Part shown: positions 29,371 to 37,579 of the stretch, in pieces
Layout: the number at the start of each line of letters is the position of its first letter
Numbering within the stretch: position 1 is the first letter of the stretch
Source: Escherichia virus TH44
DNA: 64,000 nt
Strand: one strand, 5' to 3'
Sequence record: MT446415.1
Made by a program: the position numbers and the translations under genes
Notes under the pieces: generated by a model
The model's input: only the letters and a program-made list of their open reading frames with translations
The model's database searches: none
Told to the model about the DNA's origin: nothing

Positions 29371-29688
29371 ATGAAAACCATTGATTGCAAGGCAGAATAC
29401 AAAGTTTATTATCATGGGTCAAGCTCTAATGCTGGAATCCAAAATATGCTTTGTCCTCCTGATGCAACTGGTGTTCTGTCAGAAGTTGGACGTAAGAAAA
29501 ATTTAGGGCGTGTGTTTTTTACTGAAGATATTGGTTTGGCGCGTATCTATGCAGGAAGAGCAGCTCGCTCATATGGAGGAGAACCCCGTCTTTATCGTGT
29601 GATTGCACCTGTTGACGTGGTTTGTTTAAATGACACTAAAGGCGCAACAGTTTATCACGCCGCATGGGCGTTTTGTGAGGAAATCTAA
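29371..29688 (+). CDS. small protein with ART/PARP-like 'YHGS' motif
   Basis: 105 aa; 'YYHGSSSNAGIQNM' and 'GRVFFTEDIGLARIYA' resemble the H-G-S and Y-region motifs of H-Y-E ADP-ribosyltransferase folds (recalled). Confidence 0.5.
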   Translation: MKTIDCKAEYKVYYHGSSSNAGIQNMLCPPDATGVLSEVGRKKNLGRVFFTEDIGLARIYAGRAARSYGGEPRLYRVIAPVDVVCLNDTKGATVYHAAWAFCEEI

Positions 29689-29892
29689 ATGTATAAATTA
29701 GAGAACGTAGTGTTTATTGGTTGGTTTGAAAATGGTAATATGTTTACCAAAGAAACCGCGCTGGATGTCAGTGACAAAAATATGATTGAATGGGTTACAG
29801 TGCAGTATGCAGAAGTGAATAATGCGCTGGTTAAAGCCTTTGTTAATGACAATAAAGTTTTTGAATATGATGCCCGCATTGAGGAAATCTAA
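29689..29892 (+). CDS. hypothetical protein, paralog of next ORF
   Basis: 67 aa; shares 'NALV.AFV.D' segment and 'GAGGAAATCTAAATG' junction with 29893..30234. Confidence 0.45.
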   Translation: MYKLENVVFIGWFENGNMFTKETALDVSDKNMIEWVTVQYAEVNNALVKAFVNDNKVFEYDARIEEI

Positions 29893-30234
29893 ATGACTTT
29901 TAATCCAGAAGACCGCGTAAAAGTAACAATCAAAGTGAGTGCCGTTGGCGTTCCATCTTTTGAGCGCTCAAGTATGTTCCATCCCGCAGGTATTCACTGG
30001 TATGTCCAGAAGACTGCTGATAACTATAATGCACTGGTTGAAGCTTTTGTTGATGACAAGCTAATTCATAAAGTAGACATGCGTAAGGGTACTGCATTGC
30101 GTAATCTGATTTTGACCGTTGAAGCTCAACTGGTAAATGAAGAAATCTGCCTTACTGATATTGAAGCGGCTCTTCATATTGCGCGTGCTGAATATTACAA
30201 CTTGACTGGTTTTTCAGTTGAAGGTGAAAAATAA
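29893..30234 (+). CDS. hypothetical protein, paralog of previous ORF
   Basis: 113 aa. Confidence 0.5.
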   Translation: MTFNPEDRVKVTIKVSAVGVPSFERSSMFHPAGIHWYVQKTADNYNALVEAFVDDKLIHKVDMRKGTALRNLILTVEAQLVNEEICLTDIEAALHIARAEYYNLTGFSVEGEK

Positions 30235-30235
30235 G

Positions 30236-30264
30236 TGTACATCAAAGGGATAATGCAGTATATT
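30236..30264 (+). promoter_or_regulatory. early-type promoter; -10 flanked by palindrome GGGATAAT/ATTATCCC
   Basis: TGTACA-17-TATATT, class-B leader. Confidence 0.5.
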
Positions 30265-30292
30265 ATCCCTATCAACTACTGAGGAGATTGAA

Positions 30293-30586
30293 ATGAAAAA
30301 GTTATTAATCGCAGCAATTCTTACCGTAGCATCATGTGGTACAGCTCCAGTTACTGCTGGACTTGATAAAGACCTTTGTGAGTGGTCTATGACTGCGGAC
30401 CAGACTGATGTTGAACACCAGATTTATGCTGACATCATGAACATTACTAAACGTGACCGCCCAGATATGGTTAAAGAAGTATCTGACCAACTGGCTTCTG
30501 GTGACGTTATGCAGTATAACTATGTTCTGTATTGCGATGCTTCATTTGACAACAGCAAGATTGTTCAATGGGTTACAGGTGAATAA
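30293..30586 (+). CDS. putative lipoprotein
   Basis: 97 aa; signal peptide with lipobox 'VASCG'. Confidence 0.5.
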   Translation: MKKLLIAAILTVASCGTAPVTAGLDKDLCEWSMTADQTDVEHQIYADIMNITKRDRPDMVKEVSDQLASGDVMQYNYVLYCDASFDNSKIVQWVTGE

Positions 30587-30587
30587 A

Positions 30588-31028
30588 ATGATTAACAGAA
30601 ATTTAGTTATCAAAAAACTTCGTTGTAAAAATCAAAATGCACAAGCATACAGGATGTTTTGGAGCGACGAGCCCATTCAATACCTGGGTTATTTTCTTGT
30701 TGATAGTGATAATAGAATTACGTTTGCTCATAAACTTCTTAACAAAGAATTAAACCATTGGCAAGAACTTATTGCGGTCAAGTCTAAATTATTTTCGCGC
30801 AATACAATACACCAATTGGTTTATTTTTTCGCTGATGGTATTCCTGACAAGGTTGAGTTTGACGGGTTTGAATTTAAAGACATCAACCCTGATAATGAAT
30901 TGAATGACAGTATTGTTAATATGGGTATCCCGGGTAAGTACATCAAAAACAGTCTTTTGAAACTTCTGGAAACCCCTGTATATTCAGTTGACGACCAGAT
31001 TTTTAATGCCTTCATGAAGCGAGATTAA
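30588..31028 (+). CDS. hypothetical protein
   Basis: 146 aa; C-terminus 'DDQIFNAFMKRD' lies in a 43-bp direct repeat. Confidence 0.5.
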   Translation: MINRNLVIKKLRCKNQNAQAYRMFWSDEPIQYLGYFLVDSDNRITFAHKLLNKELNHWQELIAVKSKLFSRNTIHQLVYFFADGIPDKVEFDGFEFKDINPDNELNDSIVNMGIPGKYIKNSLLKLLETPVYSVDDQIFNAFMKRD

Positions 31029-31032
31029 TATG
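30990..31032 (+). repeat. 43-bp direct repeat, copy 1
   Basis: gacgaccagatttttaatgccttcatgaagcgagattaatatg. Confidence 0.8.
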
Positions 31033-31184
31033 CATATTCAAAGTGATTTATCTTATCTGAATTTTGAATTAGTTAAAAATAATGATGGTAATGCTCATTA
31101 TGAATTCCGTGAACCCAGGTTTAATCAGGCGCGATTGGTTATATTATCGTTAAAGATGATGTTATCATAAAGGCTCGCTCATTT

Positions 31185-31400
31185 ATGGTAATGAATGGAC
31201 CGTATGAAGATACTCGTGGCTACCCATTTGATAAAAAGAATGTGCGCGATTGTGCAGTCTGGATAACTGGAAACCCTGAAATTGGGGTCATGTTATCTAC
31301 TGAAGCAAATGACATTCTGGAAGCGGGCTGGGTCAAAGCTCAAGAACCGCCTACTGATATTGATGACCAGATTTTTAATGCTTTCATGAAGCGAGGTTAA
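31185..31400 (+). CDS. hypothetical protein
   Basis: 71 aa; C-terminus 'DDQIFNAFMKRG' in repeat copy 2. Confidence 0.4.
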   Translation: MVMNGPYEDTRGYPFDKKNVRDCAVWITGNPEIGVMLSTEANDILEAGWVKAQEPPTDIDDQIFNAFMKRG

Positions 31401-31404
31401 TATG
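31362..31404 (+). repeat. 43-bp direct repeat, copy 2
   Basis: gatgaccagatttttaatgctttcatgaagcgaggttaatatg; few mismatches to copy 1. Confidence 0.8.
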
Positions 31405-31623
31405 TTTGTTTTGACACAATTCTCTAAAGCAATATATAGTTACACTTGTCAGTGGGAAGTCTTTATTGATACTCCATCTCCCAAGTATGGAGTTTTTGGA
31501 CGAGTAACTACTCAAGCCTACGTTGCACGACCGACTAAACGTCAGATTCGTAAACTTAAAAAGGCGCATCGTCAACTGATTAAAAGAAGGGAACAATATG
31601 AGTGCAATGTGTACGGGCTCTAA
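31402..31623 (+). CDS. hypothetical basic protein
   Basis: 73 aa ORF. Confidence 0.4.
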   Translation: MFVLTQFSKAIYSYTCQWEVFIDTPSPKYGVFGRVTTQAYVARPTKRQIRKLKKAHRQLIKRREQYECNVYGL

Positions 31624-31789
31624 GATTTCTGTCTTCCAGATTTTTGAAGAATATGAAATCGTGTCGCAAGACCAAGAAGCAATCCATGTTATCGCTGATG
31701 ATGGTGTTACCTGGATTATTCCGTTGTATCATGAAGACACTTATGAAGTGACTGATGCAAATGGTGATAAAGCTATCTTCGTTGTATAA
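31598..31789 (+). CDS. hypothetical acidic protein
   Basis: 63 aa ORF. Confidence 0.4.
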   Translation: MSAMCTGSKISVFQIFEEYEIVSQDQEAIHVIADDGVTWIIPLYHEDTYEVTDANGDKAIFVV

Positions 31790-32008
31790 ATAGCGGAAAG
31801 GGGGTGTTATGAAAACATTCAAAGATTTTATCAACGAAGATATGGTTGCTGGTGACGCAGGTGGAAACCCAACTAATATCGCAACAGGTACCACTTCCGG
31901 GGCAGTTGTCAATAAAGGCCCTGAACAAATCCCATCAAAAAAGCGTAAGAACAAAGACGATAAACCTACAGTATAATGGTCCTCCGGGACCATTGAAATG
32001 AGGAAACT

Positions 32009-33037
32009 ATGTCATATATTGATAGAGAATTTGCAGTCAGAGCTTTATCGTATCAACCACGTTATAGAGAAGTCACCGGGAGCACATTTAAAGCAAACTG
32101 TCGTTGCAAGGTTTGTGGGGACTCCCAGAAAGATTCACACAAGGCTCGATTCTGGGCGTATACTAATCCGGCTGATGGCGCGGTTTACGTGAAATGTTTT
32201 AACTGTGACTACTCCACGCATATAAGCAAATACATAAAAGAGTTTGAGCCGGATTTACACCGGGAATATATGGTCGAGAAGTATAAGGAGAATGCCTTTG
32301 GGCGGCAACGTACTGAAGTTACAGAAGCTCCGAAAGAACCAGAAAAAACTCCGGTTATTGAGCAGCTTGCTTTTTGTGAAAGACTCGATACTTTACCAGA
32401 AGCACATCCGATAGTTAAGTATGTAAAAAGTCGATGTATTCCGAGCAATGTTTGGAACCGACTATGGTTTACAAACCAATGGCCTGCATTAGTTAACTCC
32501 GTTAATCCTGGGACGTATAAGAATGAAACGAATGAACCACGCTTGGTTATTCCTATCTTCAACGGCAAAAAAGAAATCGAATCTTTCCAAGGACGAGCTC
32601 TTCGCAAAGATGCACCACAAAAATATATCACAATCAAAGCTCACCCAGAAGCTTCCAAAGTCTATGGCGTAGACAAGATTGATGAGCGTAAACGCGTATG
32701 GGTAATGGAAGGTCCGATTGATAGTTTGTTTATCCCTAACAGCATTGCGATAACCGGTGGAACATTAGCATTAGAAGCTGTTCCTTATCCAGAAACCAGA
32801 GTATGGGTGATGGACAACGAGCCAAGACATCCGGATACGATTAAACGTATGAAGAAGCTCGTTGAAGCTGGCGAAGCTGTTATGTTCTGGGACAATGCAC
32901 CATGGCATACGAAAGACATAAATGAGATGGTTAAATCAGAAGGGGCAACCCCTGAACAAATCGAATCATATATGGCCGATAACGTTGCTCAAGGATTGAT
33001 GGCGAGAATGCGACTTTCGAAGTACGCAAAAGTTTAG
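32009..33037 (+). CDS. 61: DNA primase gp61
   Basis: 342 aa; N-terminal zinc ribbon 'CRCKVCGDS...CFNC'. Confidence 0.92.
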   Translation: MSYIDREFAVRALSYQPRYREVTGSTFKANCRCKVCGDSQKDSHKARFWAYTNPADGAVYVKCFNCDYSTHISKYIKEFEPDLHREYMVEKYKENAFGRQRTEVTEAPKEPEKTPVIEQLAFCERLDTLPEAHPIVKYVKSRCIPSNVWNRLWFTNQWPALVNSVNPGTYKNETNEPRLVIPIFNGKKEIESFQGRALRKDAPQKYITIKAHPEASKVYGVDKIDERKRVWVMEGPIDSLFIPNSIAITGGTLALEAVPYPETRVWVMDNEPRHPDTIKRMKKLVEAGEAVMFWDNAPWHTKDINEMVKSEGATPEQIESYMADNVAQGLMARMRLSKYAKV

Positions 33038-33234
33038 GAAGGGATTCCGGTAAAGTAACCGATGATGGAATGGATATGTTCCATTGTGACCTGAGGTAAG
33101 TGTACCCCTTGTGTTGCAGCGATAGGCACAACCAGTAAGTTCCACAGGAAAACATCAAGAGCTAAAAAGCCCATGATGAGCTTCTTGTCTTTCTTACTGG
33201 TTAATTTCCAAATCTGATAGAATAATGTTCCCAT
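33034..33234 (-). CDS. small membrane protein, paralog A
   Basis: 66 aa; basic N-terminus then TM 'FLWNLLVVPIAATQG'; opposite strand to all neighbours. Confidence 0.45.
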   Translation of the reverse strand: MGTLFYQIWKLTSKKDKKLIMGFLALDVFLWNLLVVPIAATQGVHLPQVTMEHIHSIIGYFTGIPS

Positions 33235-33242
33235 AGTTCCAC

Positions 33243-33440
33243 CTATACAAGGCCGATTAATGCCAGTGAAACATCTACAACTGATTCGAGCGCGACGACT
33301 GGCAATATAATACCATGTGTCAATGCGACAGGGGCAACAATGAAGTTCCAGAGTAGAACTGAACAGAGTACCGAAAGGACCAGAATCGTTCGCTTACGAC
33401 TGCCTTTGATGGCTTGAATTAGACTAGATAGTTTTAGCAT
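33243..33440 (-). CDS. small membrane protein, paralog B
   Basis: 65 aa from ATG with AAAGGAGGA SD; TM 'LLWNFIVAPVALTHG'; 9 nt upstream of paralog A. Confidence 0.45.
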   Translation of the reverse strand: MLKLSSLIQAIKGSRKRTILVLSVLCSVLLWNFIVAPVALTHGIILPVVALESVVDVSLALIGLV

Positions 33441-33524
33441 ACATCCTCCTTTCTTGTATTTATGCTTCAAACCAATACGATATAATTAACATACAAACAA
33501 CATGAATTGATAAGGAAAAATATA

Positions 33525-34043
33525 ATGGCTCATTTTAACGAGTGTTCTCAACTGATTGCTGGTGTTGATAAAGCTCAAGGCGCTTATGATAATGCAATTT
33601 TTGAAGGCACTGACCCACTGCAAGTTATGCTTGATATGCAGAAATCATTGCAGGTTCGTCTGGCTAAAGAAAAACCAGAATATAACGAACATCCTGATAA
33701 CCTGGCGACTGCTGGTGAAGTTGTTACCTGGCTCCGCAACCAGAAAGATTATATTGATGATGAATTCCGTGAACTGATTACTGCATTAGGTGGCATGTCC
33801 AATGGCGAGAAAGCTGCCTCGGCCGTATGGAAACCGTGGAAAGCACAACATGGCGAAATGCAGCAAACCCTGATTAATGATTTATCTCCTGAAGACCAGC
33901 TCGAAATTAAATTCGAAATGATTGATATTCTCCATTTCGTTCTGAACATGTTCCATGGCCTTGGACTGACTGCAGAAGAAATCTTTAAACTGTATTACCT
34001 GAAAAACGCTGAGAACTTTGCTCGTCAAGACCGAGGCTATTAA
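33525..34043 (+). CDS. 56: dCTP/dUTP pyrophosphatase gp56 (MazG-like)
   Basis: 172 aa from ATG; matches T4 gp56 as recalled (MAHFNEC...DPLQVMLDMQ...EIFKLYYLKN.ENFARQDRGY). Confidence 0.88.
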   Translation: MAHFNECSQLIAGVDKAQGAYDNAIFEGTDPLQVMLDMQKSLQVRLAKEKPEYNEHPDNLATAGEVVTWLRNQKDYIDDEFRELITALGGMSNGEKAASAVWKPWKAQHGEMQQTLINDLSPEDQLEIKFEMIDILHFVLNMFHGLGLTAEEIFKLYYLKNAENFARQDRGY

Positions 34044-34086
34044 TACTAATAAATAAGTCATGTAATTAATAAAAATGGAGAATTGC

Positions 34087-34320
34087 ATGGCTTATGTTAA
34101 TATCAAAACAGCTACCCGTGATGTCACCGGTGGTACTGTCGAAGGCAAAGAAATTTCCATTGATTTTACTCTGTATTCAGATGTCCATAAAATTGCGGGC
34201 TCTCACTACCAGACTTTCCCTTCTAAAGATGCAGCATATTCTACCGTTTTTGAAAAGGCTGACAGGGAGGCATGGATTGCAGCAAACGAAGACATTTTTA
34301 AAGTAACCCCGGCGGCATGA
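34087..34320 (+). CDS. soc: small outer capsid protein Soc
   Basis: 77 aa; 'YVNIKT...EGKEIS..F.LYSDVHKI.G.HYQTFPS..AAYSTV...WIAANED' matches T4 Soc as recalled. Confidence 0.85.
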   Translation: MAYVNIKTATRDVTGGTVEGKEISIDFTLYSDVHKIAGSHYQTFPSKDAAYSTVFEKADREAWIAANEDIFKVTPAA

Positions 34321-34333
34321 TAGATTAATTATA

Positions 34334-34357
34334 GGGAACCTTCGGGTTCCCTTTTTG
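34334..34357 (+). terminator. rho-independent terminator
   Basis: gggaacc-ttcg-ggttccc + TTTTT. Confidence 0.7.
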
Positions 34358-34379
34358 CTTTTAATAGAGATGGTATAAT
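34356..34379 (+). promoter_or_regulatory. middle-type promoter (TGCTTTT, 11 bp, TATAAT)
   Basis: MotA-box-like element overlapping the terminator T-tract. Confidence 0.4.
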
Positions 34380-34404
34380 TATCTCAACTACAGAGGAGAA
34401 TACT

Positions 34405-34602
34405 ATGTTAAACCGTTGGATTAAACCGAATAAAACTTTAGACGAAGTTATTGCCCATGATGTACATTTTAAGTATGGTCTGGGTGCGTTTGATGAGGTT
34501 ATCGTGCACTCGTTCATGATGCACGATGATGATTCTTTAGAATTCAATATTGAAATCCGTTGTGATGATGGTAAAGTTGAATTTAAACGAGGTTTCTTAT
34601 GA
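34405..34602 (+). CDS. hypothetical protein
   Basis: 65 aa; leader variant 'CTCAACTACAGAGGAGA'. Confidence 0.45.
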   Translation: MLNRWIKPNKTLDEVIAHDVHFKYGLGAFDEVIVHSFMMHDDDSLEFNIEIRCDDGKVEFKRGFL

Positions 34603-34940
34603 TTAGTTGGCTCAAGAATTTATTCAAGACTAAACCGAATGAAGGTATGCTTCCTGTTAGCATACCGGATGTTAAACTAAGAGAATATGTTTACATGGGT
34701 GATGGCATGATGGAAGAAGTGGTCAAATCAAAATCAAAAGACCTATATTCTACAATGTCAGAAGAAGACTTACAAAAACGTTTAACTCGACTACAAGAAC
34801 AAAGAGCTCAAGCGCAAAGCAGTATCGATACTACTTCGATTGTGGTTACCGCCGCTGCAGTTAGTTCGTGGACCGGTGATTCGTCTTATTCCTCCTATGA
34901 TTCAGGAAGCTGCGATTCGTCTTCCAGCTCGTGTGATTAA
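34599..34940 (+). CDS. hypothetical protein with Ser/Asp-rich C-terminus
   Basis: 113 aa ORF. Confidence 0.5.
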   Translation: MISWLKNLFKTKPNEGMLPVSIPDVKLREYVYMGDGMMEEVVKSKSKDLYSTMSEEDLQKRLTRLQEQRAQAQSSIDTTSIVVTAAAVSSWTGDSSYSSYDSGSCDSSSSSCD

Positions 34941-35277
34941 ATGAGAATTACAAGTTGGCTTAAAGATTGGTTGGTTACTCCAGGGATTGATGATTCCTGG
35001 GTGGCCAGAGCTGAGGAAGAAATGCAGCGCGAAGCTGAAGAATGGGCCGCTACAGGGCTTAAAGCCATGCAGGAAAAGAAGACCGAAAGAGCTGCGCTTA
35101 AACTGATGCGTGATATCTACGGAGATAAATCATGACACAAGAAGAAGCTGAACGCCGGGCAAAAGAAGCACTGGATTTGCTTTTGAAAATTGGCAGTAAA
35201 ATGATGGAAGAAAATGAAAAGTACATCAAGGAAAATAAAATTCCCGATGGTCCATTAGTTGGTAAGAGGAAATCATT

Positions 35278-35760
35278 ATGAAAGTATACGAATTAGAATT
35301 CTACGTCCGTGATTCGGCAGGTCAAACACGACCTTACGATGCTACCGCATGTCTTATCATGGTTTACAATGGCATGGATTCGGTTACCGAATTGGAAACA
35401 AAATTAATGAACCTGACGATGCCGGAAAACGTTATGATGAAAGTATTTCATAGAAAAAACGTTAATGTGGCCGAAGGGTGTCCGTTTACTGTTTCTGAAG
35501 CTCTGCACATCAAAGGCTATCGTCACCCAGACCTTTATGGCGAAGATATCATTTTCTATAAAGATAGAGATAAAATGGCCACTGAACGTCTTCAAGGTCG
35601 CACATATCTGATTTCCACTACCGACGACCTTGCTGAAGTTGAACGTCAGATTTGGAAGCACTTTGATATCGGCTTGCGCTTTACTTTAACAGAAGAAGCT
35701 ATTCAAGATACTAAAATGCGCGCTCGTATGTATGGTTACGGTCCTATCGGTGGCTACTAA
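35278..35760 (+). CDS. hypothetical protein (mrh/srh region by synteny)
   Basis: 160 aa ORF between soc and the mod genes. Confidence 0.5.
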   Translation: MKVYELEFYVRDSAGQTRPYDATACLIMVYNGMDSVTELETKLMNLTMPENVMMKVFHRKNVNVAEGCPFTVSEALHIKGYRHPDLYGEDIIFYKDRDKMATERLQGRTYLISTTDDLAEVERQIWKHFDIGLRFTLTEEAIQDTKMRARMYGYGPIGGY

Positions 35761-36225
35761 TGGATTTATTTGAACTTTTTGAAGAGCCTAAAGCTCCTAC
35801 AGAAGCCCGCGTGGACCTAGTTGACGAACTTGATGCGATTATACAGAAGCATGGTTTTAGTCTCCCAATGGAAGTTCTGCGCGACCTGGCCTCATATTAC
35901 GACGACCCACCTCCATGGGCACCATGGGTGAAACGATGAACTGGTTAACAAATATCCCAACATCGGCGCTGGATATCGACCGTAAACACGCTCATAAGGA
36001 AATTGAGCAACAAAAAATTAATCGCTTACAAAGGATTAAGACTGAATCCAAGACAATTAAAGTCGAACGTCCGACAGAATCGAAAAGTTCTTACTCACCA
36101 TATCAATCTCCGATTGGCATGGCTGCAGACATTGCAGTCTTTGGCGTCCCACTTGGAGTATTTAAGTAGTTTACTTACTCCCCTCCTAATGACATAATGG
36201 TCTTTCTTACAACAGAGAGACCATT

Positions 36226-36786
36226 ATGAACATCATCAAATCTGATACCGAACCCAACCAGTTAAAATTTAGTGAAATGGAGATAGCTTCATTATTTGAA
36301 TGCCGCACATCAAAGGTTGATAAGACCTTGCATTCAAACATCAACGCAATCATCAAGTCAAGGTTGTCTATACCTGATACAGTCTTGTATCGTGGGGTCA
36401 CCCAACAAGAGATTGATTTGTTAGATGAAGCAAAAGAATCAATGCAACCTTTTGAATTTGGACGGATAACCTCCTTTACAGAAGACTATGGTATTGCCAG
36501 GGATTTTGCTGCAATGGAATATGTGTCAAGGACTATCATCAGATTGAATCAGACCAAAGCTTTTTGTTACCATGATGCGATGCGCAAAATCGCGCTTGAC
36601 GTCCCACTGGAATTCTTCAATACTGCTTCTGGTTCCGAACAGGCAGCAACGTTAAGACGTGAAGAATACATGGACATGATTGATTCTGAGCTTGAATGGT
36701 TTGTTCCAGTTGACCAGAAATTCGTGGTGGTTGATGCTGGATTTGTTGGTGATTATTATGTTCTTGACTGTGTACAAGAGCTATAA
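36226..36786 (+). CDS. modB: Mod-type ADP-ribosyltransferase (R-S-E class)
   Basis: 186 aa; 'LYRG' Arg, 'ITSFTED' STS-like, 'ELEWFVP' Glu motif; position as T4 modB. Confidence 0.6.
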   Translation: MNIIKSDTEPNQLKFSEMEIASLFECRTSKVDKTLHSNINAIIKSRLSIPDTVLYRGVTQQEIDLLDEAKESMQPFEFGRITSFTEDYGIARDFAAMEYVSRTIIRLNQTKAFCYHDAMRKIALDVPLEFFNTASGSEQAATLRREEYMDMIDSELEWFVPVDQKFVVVDAGFVGDYYVLDCVQEL

Positions 36787-36830
36787 GACACGTTAAGATG
36801 TTCCTATCAACTACTGATGAGGATAATAAA

Positions 36831-37445
36831 ATGCTGTACACTGATGACGTTTTGAATGGAATTATTGATATTGCTGCTACTAGCGAGTCTTTTCGTAACC
36901 AATGTCAAGCGGAGATTGATGCTCTTTACACAGATAATGAGCAATCAGTACTCTGGCAGTGTATGGAAAATAAACCTGACCTGATTCAAGAAGACTTAAC
37001 CAGGATTATCCGCAACAATCTGAATACTGCACCGCCAGCGGCATTGTTCCGTGGTATATCAAAGAAAACTATGGAATACCTGGAAGATTTCAGATATGTT
37101 GGGGCGACAATTGAGTTCAATCGTGTGATGAGTTTTTCCAGGGACTGGCAGGTTGCAAGAAATTTCGCATCATATAGTTTCTATGGCACAAGGAATATTT
37201 TCTGCATAAACAATGCACCATATGCGTATAACTATCAGGAAGCAATCTTCAAAATGATTTGTGGTGCTCCTCCTGAAGAGTTCAATGGTGCATATCCAGA
37301 AGCAACCAGGAAATCAAACTTACACCTGGTTAATGATGAGGATGAGTTTATGTTTCCCGCTGGGACTACGCTCCGCGTAGACTTGATTGAAACTCACCCA
37401 TTGAATAACCTGTATACTGTTTGGCATTTGACTGTTTTGAACTAA
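36831..37445 (+). CDS. modA: Mod-type ADP-ribosyltransferase (R-S-E class)
   Basis: 205 aa from leader-supported ATG; 'LFRG', 'MSFSRD', 'DEDEFMFP'. Confidence 0.6.
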   Translation: MLYTDDVLNGIIDIAATSESFRNQCQAEIDALYTDNEQSVLWQCMENKPDLIQEDLTRIIRNNLNTAPPAALFRGISKKTMEYLEDFRYVGATIEFNRVMSFSRDWQVARNFASYSFYGTRNIFCINNAPYAYNYQEAIFKMICGAPPEEFNGAYPEATRKSNLHLVNDEDEFMFPAGTTLRVDLIETHPLNNLYTVWHLTVLN

Positions 37446-37504
37446 CCAAAGACCTTAGAACCATTATACACAGTAAAAATAAAAGCGTTAAAGGCAAAAA
37501 GTAG

Positions 37505-37532
37505 TGTACACACCCAATGGATGGTGTATAAT
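37505..37532 (+). promoter_or_regulatory. early-type promoter with class-A leader
   Basis: TGTACA-16-TATAAT; -10 flanked by ATGGAT/ATCCAT. Confidence 0.55.
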
Positions 37533-37579
37533 GAATCCATACTGAGTTACCAAATCGTCCGTAAGATGAGAAAAATATC

